From: Psammoneis japonica
Taxonomy: Eukaryota
Length of the DNA stretch: 64,000 bases
NCBI GenBank assembly: GCA_008632985.1
Contig: QPGO01000023.1
Coordinates: 1-64,000, forward strand
Reading direction: 5' to 3'
The position numbers and the translations under genes were made by a program. Positions 23,261 through 34,618 of this stretch are shown one piece after another (the stretch's first letter is position 1; every line of letters begins with the position of its first letter). The notes below the pieces were generated by a model. It had not been told where the DNA came from. It did no database searches and was given only the letters and a program-made list of their open reading frames with translations.

Positions 23261-25312
23261 TCACACATCTTCCGATGGGAGAGGTTGGATGCGACGCGAT
23301 CTTTTCTTCGGTCCTTGGGAGCGGTCGACCTTACGGCGCTTGGTATCACTAGATTGAGCCTTGGAAGTATCATACAATTGTCTGAGTGACATAGTACCTC
23401 TCTCCTCGTCAATCAGCCTTGCAGATTCCTGGAGTACAGCGGCACGGTCTGAAAAACCACGCACTCGCTCAGACCGTTTCAGAATCAAGCCATACAGGTA
23501 TGAACGACGACTGAGCTGCATAGTGACCCCACCCTGCCAATTCTTTTTGCTCACTCCTTTGTACTGTTCCAACTGAAACTCCAGGTGCTCCTCCAACAAT
23601 TTGGTCATTGTCTTTGGCATTTCTTTTGGAAAGTATGGTTGAGTAGCACCTGACGGCGGCGGAGGCAGATGCTGAACGATGCGCGAGCGAGTTGGATTCG
23701 AATCCAATACGGTACGTGTCTGAATCGCATTCCGACTACTCACAGCCATTCTGATGCTCTGCATCTGCTCACGTTGCTGCTGTTGTTGCTGCTGGTTTTG
23801 CCTCAGAATAATGTTAGTGAAATTTTGAACTTCTGCTGACAGTCGATCCATTTTCCCAACCAGAACCTGTGTATCGGTACGAACCGAGGAGAAAGCTGTC
23901 TGCACAGCAATGTTCAGATTTTGAATCTCGTCTTCTTCTGCAGTGTCCATATCAGCCAACTCTTGAAGCCTGTCCCTTGCCCACTCAATGTACCTGCCGC
24001 CAAAAACACGAACCAATAGACGGGATACTTCGTGCTGCGGATACTCCGTGACCCAGTGGATACCGTCTTGGCACAGGACGCGAGCGAAAAAAGGTAAGGT
24101 CCCATATAAAAAGTTTGTACCGCATGGCCACTTACGACCAACATTGTGTTGCTGTTTCCATGCAGGCAGTCTTGGCCATGTCATCTCTGCCAACTCAGTA
24201 TCAGCAACGTTTGGTTTTCCGGGAACTAGTTCGCCGAAGGATATGTTGGTACGAGGGACGTAGTAAACCTTCTCCCCATGCAGCTTAGAGAACCCGGCGG
24301 CAATCAACTGCACTTGTGGAGGGATCTCAGGCAAGTGTGAGACGTCAAGTGAATCTTTTCCATGTTTCGTCTGCTGCTCAATATTTTGCTTGGTCGCCCC
24401 GCCCATGTTGCTAGAATCGATGCCGGCGGTGCGAAGGTGAGTACACTTTGCCCACGACGTCTTTGTTGCCCTGTACACCCGTTGGCATGCCTTACGGTGC
24501 GTGTCTAATGTTTTCCAACCCACTAGTTCATACTTGTACCAGTCCGGGAAACCGTCATGTTGATGTATGAAGTGGATTTCCGTATCGCTATGAAACCTGC
24601 AGGCGGCGACGGCGGCGTTCATACCGGTTCCGCATCGCTTCCAGTCGCGGTGCCGCCACATGCCTGCAACTCTTTTTTTGTGGGAACCTCGTTTGCCTGT
24701 AAACCGTTGCTCAATCAGAGCTATCATTGGACGTGCGACCGATTCGTTTGGGTTGCCGGGGCCGTGAGTTTCGTCACAGTGAACATCCGCATAGCGTGTA
24801 AGTCGGAGCTGATCGCCTCGTATCATGGTCTGGCTGCAGCTGGTCCATGACACTACCAAGTTCTTCCAAGCAGCAGATTGAATAATATAATTCAATATCT
24901 TATCCTCAGCAACACGAGACAGAGTATCCGTAGGCAGCTTGTCATGAGCTGATACAAACGTAGTGAGCAAATTTTGGGTGTATCGCTCCTTGTGTGCCAC
25001 CAGAGCGATGTCAACTGCCTCTGATCTCACAACGAATTTTGGATTGGGAGGTTTGTGCTCCTCCCAAGATGAATAATGCTGCAGTGACCAAATGACACGC
25101 TTGGCCGACTTCGGCGTGACGTCTCGTTTCGACACTGCCTCCAAGAAGCACCGGTCGACCTGGTCTCGCGTCAAGCAAGGCGGCCCCGACAGAGCCGGCG
25201 ATTCATCCACCCACCTTTTGCATGCATTCCACTCAGTGACACAAGTGCCATCCACCTTGGGTGGTGTGATGGTTTGGGCCAACAAGTCTCCTGTGGAGAC
25301 CTGAGACGCCAT
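23261..25312 (-). mobile_element. Crypton-type tyrosine recombinase (NDC10-II-like domain plus GCR1_C-like C-terminus); predicted catalytic Tyr reads His
   Basis: MIRGDQLR, WRHRDWKRCG, KCTHLRTAG...IEQQTKH...SLDVSHLPEIP..QLIAAGF....YYVPR, FARVLCQDG; C-terminal LSRRSYLYGLI...IDEERGTMSLRQL. Intronless open frame. Confidence 0.8.
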
Positions 25313-26044
25313 CTTGGGTCTGTTCTGCTCATTATGATAGCCTCGAGGGATCGTCTTTTGGGGTGCACCCACCTTACTATCAAAAGAAAAGAGGTTTTTG
25401 AAATCAAACGCTCACTTATGGCGTTCGATAAGTGGAGTCGTTTCGAATCATGTTGACATTCGAGTGGGAAGAAAGAACATTTCGATAAGTGGATTTTATG
25501 TCTTGTCCTGTTCTGAAGGTTCTTATCTTCACTAACCACAGGCCTATCCGGGGTCCGGGAACCGGTTCCGGGGTTGGTTCCGGCGCCGGCCTCCTACGGG
25601 CAGGAACCACTGAGGACTCCCCCCGGTTAGCGCGGTTAACCCGTGACGTCAGGGGGAAGCGCGCCCCCCAATCAGCGGTGGTTATTCCTGTTAACCGGTG
25701 TCGCGCGACCGTATGTTCTACACACCTCGCACATGCACACACACCTACAGCCAGTCTAATAACCACGCACTACGTGCGCGAGATGAATGACGTCACTTCT
25801 GTCATGTCTTGCGAACACCAAATTTTCAACTGCCAGCTGTTCTGCTTCACCGCACGCTTGCACGCGCGATGGCGGGTGTCGATCCGGTGCCGCCGGATGC
25901 TCGTCGCGAGTGCTGCCAATGAACTTCCCGAACTGCTGTGTCCTGTGTCCTATGCATTCACTTTCTGATAAGTCGACTATCTAATAGAGTAGCTGCTCTC
26001 TCTTGAATGCACTGAATCATAGAAAAGTGATAGGACTTGGATCA

Positions 26045-28093
26045 ATGATAAATTCCTCTGAAACAAACGATGAAGAATCAACAACAACAGAAATGTTCTT
26101 TTCTTCACGCCATCAATCCCATCAACAGCAGAAGGATATTATGTTGACGATACCGAGTCATGGAAGACAGAATAAAGACGAGACTGAAGTTTGTAGCAGA
26201 TGCTATGCTATACCAAAGAAGCGAAAAGTGAACAGATTCGTGTTACTTTTGGGATTGGCGTCATTCTTCTCCCGCACGAATGCTCTTTTGGTACCTCGAA
26301 ACAACCATGTCAAACATTCCAGAAAAGTGTTTATTGGTCCGCTCGGAGACATGGGAAAGAACAAAACGACACGATTGTCTACTGCAGAAAAGAACGCCAC
26401 CTTATCATCTCGAAAGAAAAAGACGACGGGTTTTCTATTTTTTAATAAGAAATCCGATACACAACTCGGGGCGATCGTGGAGAGTACTTCTAGCAACGAG
26501 ACGAGTGAACAACAGCAGCAGCAGCAGCAGCTCATCGAGACATCATCACCTCCGGACCAACAACAGCAGCAGCAGAAACAAACGGTTCCTACCGAGAGTG
26601 TGCATTTAAAGTTAGGTTCACAAGCCATGATGGCAAGAGCAGACGATGCACAAAACGATCAGGAAGAGCATACGGACGAGAATACGCAAAAGGCGGCAGC
26701 GACAGCCGTATTGCACGTGTACCGAGATCCGGTTTCGAATCGCGTCCTTTTAAAGGGTTTCAACATGACGAGACGCAAGTTCTGTGCATGGGTCAATTAC
26801 ACTCTGGCTTTGGAAGATAAACCCTTTGATGATTCCTTTGTGTCAACGGAAACTATTCAAGTCAACGACGAAGAAGTCAAGAATGATTTGAGAAAGCTGT
26901 GGAAAGAAAGACGTCTCTTGAGCGAACGGACTGAAATTTTAGCAGTCTACAAGAGCGACAAGCAAGAAACATCATCATCATCATCCTCTCATCGTGAAGG
27001 TACTTTCAAAAGGGGTGGCTTTCCCGACTTGTTGCATTTGTACGCAGAACGACTTGCTGCCATTATTCAAGACGAACTGGAAGAAGAACAAATTGCCAAG
27101 GGTCAATTGAAGGTATTCAATGATACGACGCATGGTCAAGAAGAACGACCCATTCCGGAGGAATTGCTAGAGATTCTAAACGGCGGCTTGTTGGGATGGC
27201 TCGAGAGAGAATACGGTGTCCCGGAAACGAAAAAGCTGAGTGCCAAGCACTTCCAGACATTGTCAGAAACGAAGCAATTCGAAGTTCTTCAGCATTTTAT
27301 GGATTGGTTTCGTAGTCGCTTCCCTTACTATTATGACCGTTGTGACCACTGTGGGGCTTCTGCAAAGGACGAACCAGAACCAGCTCAAGCTGAAAACGAC
27401 CAACCTACCAGTGACGACGAAGACGAAGAGGAGGAAGATACGTCTTCCTTTTTGGGATATGTCTATCCAACTCAAGAAGAGCTCATTGGAAAGGCGAGTC
27501 GTACAGAGATTTATCAATGTCAAAAGTGTGGGGGCTTTACGCGCTTTCCACGCTACAACTCCGCATCTTCCATTATCAATAACAAACGCGGGCGTTGTGG
27601 GGAGTACAGTATGCTGCTCTTTCGGCTCTTGCGTGCGACAGGACATGAGGCACGGTGGATTGTCGACTGGGCGGATCATGTGTGGGCCGAGGTTCGCTTG
27701 GGTGCAAGATGGATTCATCTTGGTACGAACTAGTATTTTCAGGTTTTCTGTCTCAAGACTTGCTGGTAGCAAGAATTCCTCTCACCACTCTCTCTTTTCT
27801 TATATTCTTGTTTAGATCCATGCGAAGCTGCGGTGGATAAACCTCTTTTGTATCAGGAATGGGGGAAACAACAAACGTACATTGTCGCTTTTCGTGCCCC
27901 TCGTCAGTCTTCTACGAAAGCTGATACGAGACACGACTCTTCGCCTTTAATAGAAGATGTCACGTCCAAATACACAAGCGACCATGTTGATGAGATACAA
28001 AAACGCAGAGATGAATCGTCTGGTGACGTTCAAACAACGGTCGGTAAAATCACAAACGACTTGGAGCTACTTCTCAAAAACATATTGCAGTAG
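26045..28093 (+). CDS. Peptide:N-glycanase (PNGase, transglutaminase-like core); intron 27723-27815
   Basis: CDHC and CQKC Zn ligands, TRFPRYN, RGRCGEYS, DWADHVWAEV. A GT-AG intron joins WIHL-DPCEAAVDKPLLYQEWGK. Start codon uncertain. Confidence 0.88.
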
Positions 28094-28189
28094 CATTTTG
28101 AATAAACGACAACGCATTGCGATGCATGATACTTTAACTCAAGACTTAACGCATAAAATAAATATCAAAGTAAGTGCCCCTGAGTCGAA

Positions 28190-28777
28190 TTATTGACTTT
28201 GTTGTTGCAAAGGCTGTCGGGGCGGTAACGCCTCGTCAGACAAGCTATCTATTACTCTCCCAAAGAAATCTTTCAATACACTTTTCGTGGATCTATCCAT
28301 TGAACTCCGCCCTCCCTTTGTGGCGTTGAATCTTTCTAGGTATGCGGCCATCTTCTCCATTTGCGGATCGACCTGTGCTTCTGACGATATGGCCGTGTCG
28401 GCGCCGCCAAGTTTTCGTCTATCAGGCGCATCCTTCATGGATTCAAACACGATGTTCCGAACTCCAGAGTTCGTTAATATTCCCTTTTCTTTGATTATTT
28501 GCTGTAGTCTTTTCCAATCCTCATCGTCTTGTTTGTTCTCCTTTTGTGTACTGTGGCGACGTATTCTAACGCGCCTTGTCGCGGGAGAAGTCGTGGGAGA
28601 AGCCTCATGAGCATCGACCGATTGCTTTGAGGTTATCGAGCTTGCGCTCATATTTCCCAAGCTCTCCTCCAGTATTGCACTTAGCGAAGAAATGCTGCTG
28701 TACAAATTCTGACGATGAGTGTTTGTAGGTTGGTCCGATTTGGATTCTTCCGAAAGCACGTCGGGGGTATAAGACAT
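28190..28777 (-). CDS. Hypothetical protein (possibly the 3' part of the adjacent upstream gene)
   Basis: 195-aa ATG ORF with normal composition; frame stays open a short way upstream (NSEFDDDLENSISDIAAE). Confidence 0.5.
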   Translation of the reverse strand: MSYTPDVLSEESKSDQPTNTHRQNLYSSISSLSAILEESLGNMSASSITSKQSVDAHEASPTTSPATRRVRIRRHSTQKENKQDDEDWKRLQQIIKEKGILTNSGVRNIVFESMKDAPDRRKLGGADTAISSEAQVDPQMEKMAAYLERFNATKGGRSSMDRSTKSVLKDFFGRVIDSLSDEALPPRQPLQQQSQ

Positions 28778-28806
28778 CTCTGCAGCTATATCAGAAATTG
28801 AATTCT

Positions 28807-29379
28807 CTAGATCATCGTCAAATTCACTGTTGCATTATGATCTCCCTCTTGGTCTGGGTTCTGTACGAGCTCTTCTGGGACGGATCTGGCGGTCTCTCTT
28901 GGAAGCTCTTCTTCATTTAATCCCAGAGATGACAAGGCGTCCAACAGCTGCGAACCCCAGGATGTTGTTTTAGGAGATTCAGCTTTAGGCGCTTCACCGT
29001 CAGCGTCAGAAGACTGATCAACGACAAATCCAAGTACCTCCTGCCAAGGTTTGGGTCGGGGCTGGTGGGAAGGCCCGTCGTCATCGTCTTGAGTCTCGAC
29101 TTCTTTCGTCGCAACGCTTTTCCCTGAAATTGTTGAGCTTGCAAATAAAGCACTTTGCGCTTCATCACCTGAACATGTTGTTATGTTGCAAGAGAGAATG
29201 AGAAACAGTCCAATTTTAAAATGCACAACGTTCCACACAACTGCCGTACGTAGTGCGAGTGAGTCGAACTTACTTAGTCGAGCCATGGTTAGGCTAGGTT
29301 GTTCTCCGAGAATCACTTCTTGTCTGCCGGGTCCTTCGATTGAAATCATCTGCGAGGCGTTCGCATCAGTTGGGTTCAT
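28807..29379 (-). CDS. Hypothetical acidic protein, probable intron ~29274-29170
   Basis: ATG ORF with a GTAAGT donor and a pyrimidine-rich CAG acceptor inside it. Confidence 0.45.
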   Translation of the reverse strand: MNPTDANASQMISIEGPGRQEVILGEQPSLTMARLSKFDSLALRTAVVWNVVHFKIGLFLILSCNITTCSGDEAQSALFASSTISGKSVATKEVETQDDDDGPSHQPRPKPWQEVLGFVVDQSSDADGEAPKAESPKTTSWGSQLLDALSSLGLNEEELPRETARSVPEELVQNPDQEGDHNATVNLTMI

Positions 29380-29877
29380 GCGAGGAGGAGGTGTAGGATT
29401 CGATCTAGAAGTAGATGATGGTGACGAACAGATAGCTTGATGCGATGCCCATTGTCGATTTTGGGGTCGCTTCTCAATGCATAAATCTCACCTCTAAGAC
29501 AATCGGCGAGCACGAGTGACTGAACAGGAATCATAAATAAAATTTTAGAAAAAAATCAATATACAACTTCAGGTTTTAAGACAAAATAAAATTTGAACGG
29601 AAATCGAAAATGTGTTGACCGTCCGCCAAGTGACGTGGCAACGAACCCTGTGATCGATAGACTGTCACCGCGTGAGGCATTCTTCCGGAGAAAAAGAAAA
29701 GGTTTACTTATGCCCAAGTGACTCATTCGGCTATAAGTCATTTAGATTTTATTGCCGAAAATGACCGTTTTGGTCATTCAGTCGACGTTGCATAAATCTT
29801 TGGTCGAAAGGCATCACTCTTTGTTCTCACCGCAACTATTTTTCTTCTTGCTGGATGGCTTGAGGAATACTCTCACA

Positions 29878-30668
29878 ATGCCACCAATTCGTAAAAGTTT
29901 GATTGACGCTGCAGCTGAATCGCTGCGCAAGAAAAGCACCAAAATAGAAGATCCGATGATGACTGTACATTGTAAGAAAAGGCGCAACGGATCAGACCAA
30001 CCGATCCCTGCCTCATCACCTGAATCATTTCCTGTGACCAATGATGCTGTCAAGCCCAAGGCACCCGAGAAGCGCTTTTCGGTTGCTGGGGCTACTTGCG
30101 TCCCTCTGAAAAAGCGTCGTATCGAAGCATCAGTGCCAGGACCTACAGACGACGCACACATAAAGTCCAAAGGAAAAAGTGATCCCGGCCCGCACACAAA
30201 CAGTGCGCCCACTACAAAAGCTGTTGGTTCACCATCGGGCAGCCTCGAAGCCAGAAGGGAGGCATCTTTGCCAAATGCTTTGTCTGGTGACCTATATGCA
30301 CATGATCCAACTACCAAGCAGATAGTTTCCGCTGCGATGAGAGCTCTTGAACGATGCAACTCAATAAATCATATGGGAGGGTCACAGCTACCCATAACCA
30401 TTCGGTTAACCTTGGCAACTTGATGCTCCAAAACAAATACCGCCAAATGGGGCTGTCTTTGACATCTCCTTATGCCGGAGCACTGGCCAGTGGCCAATTC
30501 TCTTCCCTTCGGTCCCCTCGTCTTCGGGCATCGAGCATGGCGTTAGCGGGAATGATGTTGCAGCAAGGAGCACCACAGCATCGTGGGAGATCTCTGTCGG
30601 CCATATCCACGCCCTTTTCAACGCAAACTGACGCTGCTGCAAAGCGCAGTACTCAAAATCCATCATAA
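29878..30668 (+). CDS. Hypothetical low-complexity nuclear-type protein; frame change near 30380-30420 unresolved
   Basis: MPPIRKSLID... with PLKKRR (NLS-like); an overlapping second frame continues to 30668. Confidence 0.5.
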
Positions 30669-30806
30669 CAATTTTCTGGAACAGCTCTACTAAGCAAGTC
30701 AAAGAGAATACAAGTGGGAATTCCTCGTTCATGATGTTCCCCGTTCAACATGATTGTGTCGTAAGGGCGCGAAGACGATACTATAAAGAACATTACAACC
30801 GACTTC

Positions 30807-31907
30807 CTAGTCTAGTGTAATGTCCAACTTCACACCGTCCATGGTTCCGTCTTTCGATGTGTCGCGATTGACGCACTTTTGATACAGGCCCTTAAAGGTT
30901 TCACAAGCTTCAGGTGTCGTTAGACTATCCAGCTCTTTCATTTCCTCAGGCGTCAACTCAAAATCAAACACTTGAGCGTTTTCGATCATGCGCTCCTTCT
31001 TGACACTTTTGGGGATATAGACGAAACCGTGTTGGACACACCACCTTCCCAGTACTTGTGCCGGGGTCTTGTCATGAGCTTTGGCAATCTTCACAATGGT
31101 CTCGTTGTCGAAGGATTTGCCATCACGGAGACTGCGATAACTCTGCATAACCACTCCATCTGCTTCAAAAGCCTGGATTGTGTTTTTGCGGTACAAGAAA
31201 GGATTGATTTCAATCTGATTCACCAATGGGGCAACTTCCATTCCACTGTCTTTGAGCTCTAAATAGTCCTCAACCGCGTAATTTGAAAGGCCGATACCTT
31301 TGACCTTTCCTTCCTTTTGTAAGGCTTCCAAGGTCTTGTATGCCTCAACGTGCTTTCCGGGAACAGGCCAATGTATCAAGTACAAATCAACGTAATCGGT
31401 TTGCAAGTCCTTCAGAGTTTTTTCTAGCTGGTCTCGAATCGCTTCCGGTCCTTGTTCAATGGTGGTTGTCCACACTTTGGAACAAAGAAACAAGTCAGAA
31501 CGTGGAATTTTCGACGCGGCGATTGCTTTTCCAACTTCCGACTCGTTACCGTAGAACTCGGCACACTCCAGAAATCGGTAACCGCAGTCAAGGGCATCCG
31601 CTACACATTCTTGGGCAGTCCGCTCTACCGTGTTTGCCGGTGACGAAGAAGCTACTGCCGACGAAGCCGACGCCGGTATGAAGCCTACTTTGTAAGTTCC
31701 AAATCCAATAGCTGGGTGTTGAGTGCCATCGCTCAGCTTGATGGTGGGACAATTTAAAAGAGCCTCGCGGCTTCCACTGCTGGCAGACATGGAGAGAGAG
31801 CGACGAGCGACAGCAAAGGCAGCTGCTGGGCGAAAACGAGCCGCGTTGGAGCTAGACGATGCGGCGGCAGTGGTTAAGAAAGTCGTCAGCGGTATCGCCA
31901 ACCTCAT
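30807..31907 (-). CDS. Aldo/keto reductase with a putative organelle-targeting presequence
   Basis: IGFGTYK, GYRFLECAEFYGNE, SKVW, DYVDLYLIHWP, IGLSNY, NQIEINP, IPKSVKKERMIEN; N-terminal AAAFAV motif. Confidence 0.93.
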   Translation of the reverse strand: MRLAIPLTTFLTTAAASSSSNAARFRPAAAFAVARRSLSMSASSGSREALLNCPTIKLSDGTQHPAIGFGTYKVGFIPASASSAVASSSPANTVERTAQECVADALDCGYRFLECAEFYGNESEVGKAIAASKIPRSDLFLCSKVWTTTIEQGPEAIRDQLEKTLKDLQTDYVDLYLIHWPVPGKHVEAYKTLEALQKEGKVKGIGLSNYAVEDYLELKDSGMEVAPLVNQIEINPFLYRKNTIQAFEADGVVMQSYRSLRDGKSFDNETIVKIAKAHDKTPAQVLGRWCVQHGFVYIPKSVKKERMIENAQVFDFELTPEEMKELDSLTTPEACETFKGLYQKCVNRDTSKDGTMDGVKLDITLD

Positions 31908-32399
31908 TACAATAACAGTAGCAGTATGGGTGGCTCTTTGACCTCCTGTATGCCACAACACGGTGTCAAGCCTAACATTAAACCCGAACTACTACGGCTT
32001 CAAACAATCTCGTATCTTTGTGGAGTTGATGACTCATCAAAGTATTGCGCGCACGATACGAGTTTGATCGACTAAATCAAAATTTTGAAATTTTTGTCAA
32101 TAAAAGTGATACTAGTTTATGAACATCTAAAAACTTGAATAAATTATGACTCAAACATTCATACATTGCTGTTATTATCTAATTAGCGATTCAACGGTAC
32201 AATAAATTCGATACTGCGAAAAAAGCACCAAATTGAAGAACAGGAAGTGATACCGGGGTGACAAGCGATTTCTCCTGCAGACGTATTTGTTCTTTGATAA
32301 CATCCAACAAGCTGATGCCCTGTTGTTAAAAGGGTAACGAACGTTATTGGCTCTCTCACCCAGATCAGCACGCTCTTATTCAGTTGGAAACTGTGAAAA

Positions 32400-34544
32400 A
32401 TGAATATCTCGCCTGTTTCATCGCTTGGAGGCTATCGTTCGTCTGCTTTGAGAACAGGTGACGCACGGTCGCCGACGTTCATCAGTATTTCATCTCCACC
32501 GGCAGCTAGCCAATCACCCTCTAAACGGAGCCCACCCAGTCCGCGTCGGAATGAATCAGTCTCGAGGTCACCTATCAAGAGGAGCCAAACGTCCTTTTCT
32601 ACAGTTCAGCCAAGTCACAGCCTCCCCAAGAACAAACTAATAGAACTATGCAAGATGCGACAGTGGGATCAAGTATACGAACGTTGCCAGTCTCACCCAC
32701 ATGAAGCGTTCCCTGTTCCAATAAGACCAACGTGTTCCCAGTCTATAGAGGAAGAGGATGTGCCTCCCGTCAAGCGCGAGAGGAAAACCTCTGATGCTGT
32801 TGGATCTTCTCCAACGAGTTGCGGCACTTCTGCATCCCTTCAACCAATCCAACATTCGACTCCCCTTGGAATCGCATGCCTTTCCGAGTATCAATCGAGC
32901 GATCAAATGCAACAAGTAGTTGAGAAGCTTCTTAATGCTTGTCCGGAGCAGATACAATGTAACGAAGGGATTGTAGGACACACGCCTTTACGCAGCGCCG
33001 TTCGAAACATGCAATGCACTCCCCAGTTGCTTCAAAGGCTTGTTCTTGCCGACATGAATCTTCCAGGGAACACATTCGATAAGGCTATACTTCGCCCCGA
33101 TCAAGACGGGTTTTCTCCCATTGATCATCTCATAATGGGCGTCCATTCAGGTCGGCCTTTTCATTCGCTGGACTCGATTCGAGTTATTACCGAAATGTGC
33201 CCTGCTATAATCCACCCATTTGAGAGCGACAGCAGCTCACGCTTTGCGGTGTCGCCCCTCATTCGATTGTTTTCGTTGGGGTCCTCCTTCAGCTTACACC
33301 CAAGAGACAGCCAAGAAAGAAGAAATACGCGTCGTACAAAACCGAGAAATACGAAAGACCCCTTGCGCATGGAACGGATTTTGGAGTGCGCCAAGTGTTT
33401 ACTACCAGCAAACGTTGCTCAGTTACAATCAAGGGCGACGCAATGCACGGCTCTTCATGTAGCATTACGAAACTATGGCAACGCCCTTCCTGTAATCCAG
33501 CTATTGTTGGAGGCTGATGATAAGCACGAGATGGTGCAAAAGAGAAATCATTTCGGTGATCTTCCGTTGCACGTGGCTTGCTCCGTAGGGGTGCCTACCA
33601 ACGTCTTATCACTCGTGCTGCAACACACGGTGGCCGCTATGCCTAAAGTAGGAGATTATCCCCATCCATTAGTTTGGACAGTAAACAAATCAGGTTACAC
33701 ACCGGTTGATTTGGAATGGATGAGACACATTGAGGGTGGACGAGGATTTTTTGAAATGCGCTCTTTCTACCCACTTGAAACGAGGGGTATCCCCAATGAA
33801 TCTGCAAAGCAGAATGAATTCTATCAAGAGTTACTCCAGGAGGCTGTTGATCAGCTAATGGAAGGACACTCAGAGAATCGGAGTCGAGCACAAGAAGCAA
33901 GAATTGCTGTTGGTGCTTTGCTTGATAGAATCATCTACGTGGTCAAGGTGGCTCATAAAGGAAGCTACAATGTCAGCAAGAAAGACATGTTGCTTCATGC
34001 CGCTTCCTCTTTGTCACGTGTCCCGGGTCCTATGCTACCTAGTCCACTGCTTAGGCTTTTTGAGTGGATGAACCCCGATCAGGTACGCTCGAGGGATGAA
34101 ATGGGGAGACTCCCTCTCCATTATGCTTTAATGGCTCCGTCTGTGTCGTGTGCTGGTGCTGCCGTTGAGTACGACAAGCATCAAAGTCCAGGGTCCACTG
34201 CCGATACTGCATCATGGGCTCGACTGCTTTTGGAACGTTCACCTTCGTCAGCCTCTGTCCCCGATAAAACCTCGAGGCTGCCACTTCACTACGCGCTCGA
34301 AAGAAGGCGTGTCTCAGACAACAACTTGGATGACAACGACAATCTCTTAGTAGAGGAGTGGAAACATGCAATCATTGAGCCCCTTGTAGAGGCTTTTCCG
34401 AATTCTGTAGACCGCAAAGACCCAAAGTCGGGTCTTTACCCGTTTATGCAGGCAGCGCTAGTAGATACTGATGGCTCGTCCTTGGAAACGACCTTCTTCT
34501 TGCTTCGACGGAATCCTGTGCTTGTCGAGTCGGGCATACCGTAA
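32400..34544 (+). CDS. Ankyrin-repeat-like protein (714 aa)
   Basis: Repeated TPL/TALH/LPLHVA/LPLHYA motifs; C-terminal GLYPFMQAA...TFFLLRRNP. Confidence 0.85.
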   Translation: MNISPVSSLGGYRSSALRTGDARSPTFISISSPPAASQSPSKRSPPSPRRNESVSRSPIKRSQTSFSTVQPSHSLPKNKLIELCKMRQWDQVYERCQSHPHEAFPVPIRPTCSQSIEEEDVPPVKRERKTSDAVGSSPTSCGTSASLQPIQHSTPLGIACLSEYQSSDQMQQVVEKLLNACPEQIQCNEGIVGHTPLRSAVRNMQCTPQLLQRLVLADMNLPGNTFDKAILRPDQDGFSPIDHLIMGVHSGRPFHSLDSIRVITEMCPAIIHPFESDSSSRFAVSPLIRLFSLGSSFSLHPRDSQERRNTRRTKPRNTKDPLRMERILECAKCLLPANVAQLQSRATQCTALHVALRNYGNALPVIQLLLEADDKHEMVQKRNHFGDLPLHVACSVGVPTNVLSLVLQHTVAAMPKVGDYPHPLVWTVNKSGYTPVDLEWMRHIEGGRGFFEMRSFYPLETRGIPNESAKQNEFYQELLQEAVDQLMEGHSENRSRAQEARIAVGALLDRIIYVVKVAHKGSYNVSKKDMLLHAASSLSRVPGPMLPSPLLRLFEWMNPDQVRSRDEMGRLPLHYALMAPSVSCAGAAVEYDKHQSPGSTADTASWARLLLERSPSSASVPDKTSRLPLHYALERRRVSDNNLDDNDNLLVEEWKHAIIEPLVEAFPNSVDRKDPKSGLYPFMQAALVDTDGSSLETTFFLLRRNPVLVESGIP

Positions 34545-34618
34545 ATTTTAAGCCGACAAGGGGAAAAGTACTCTTTATGTTTAAAAATTATTATAGAGTT
34601 TCAACAATGTGATTGGTT

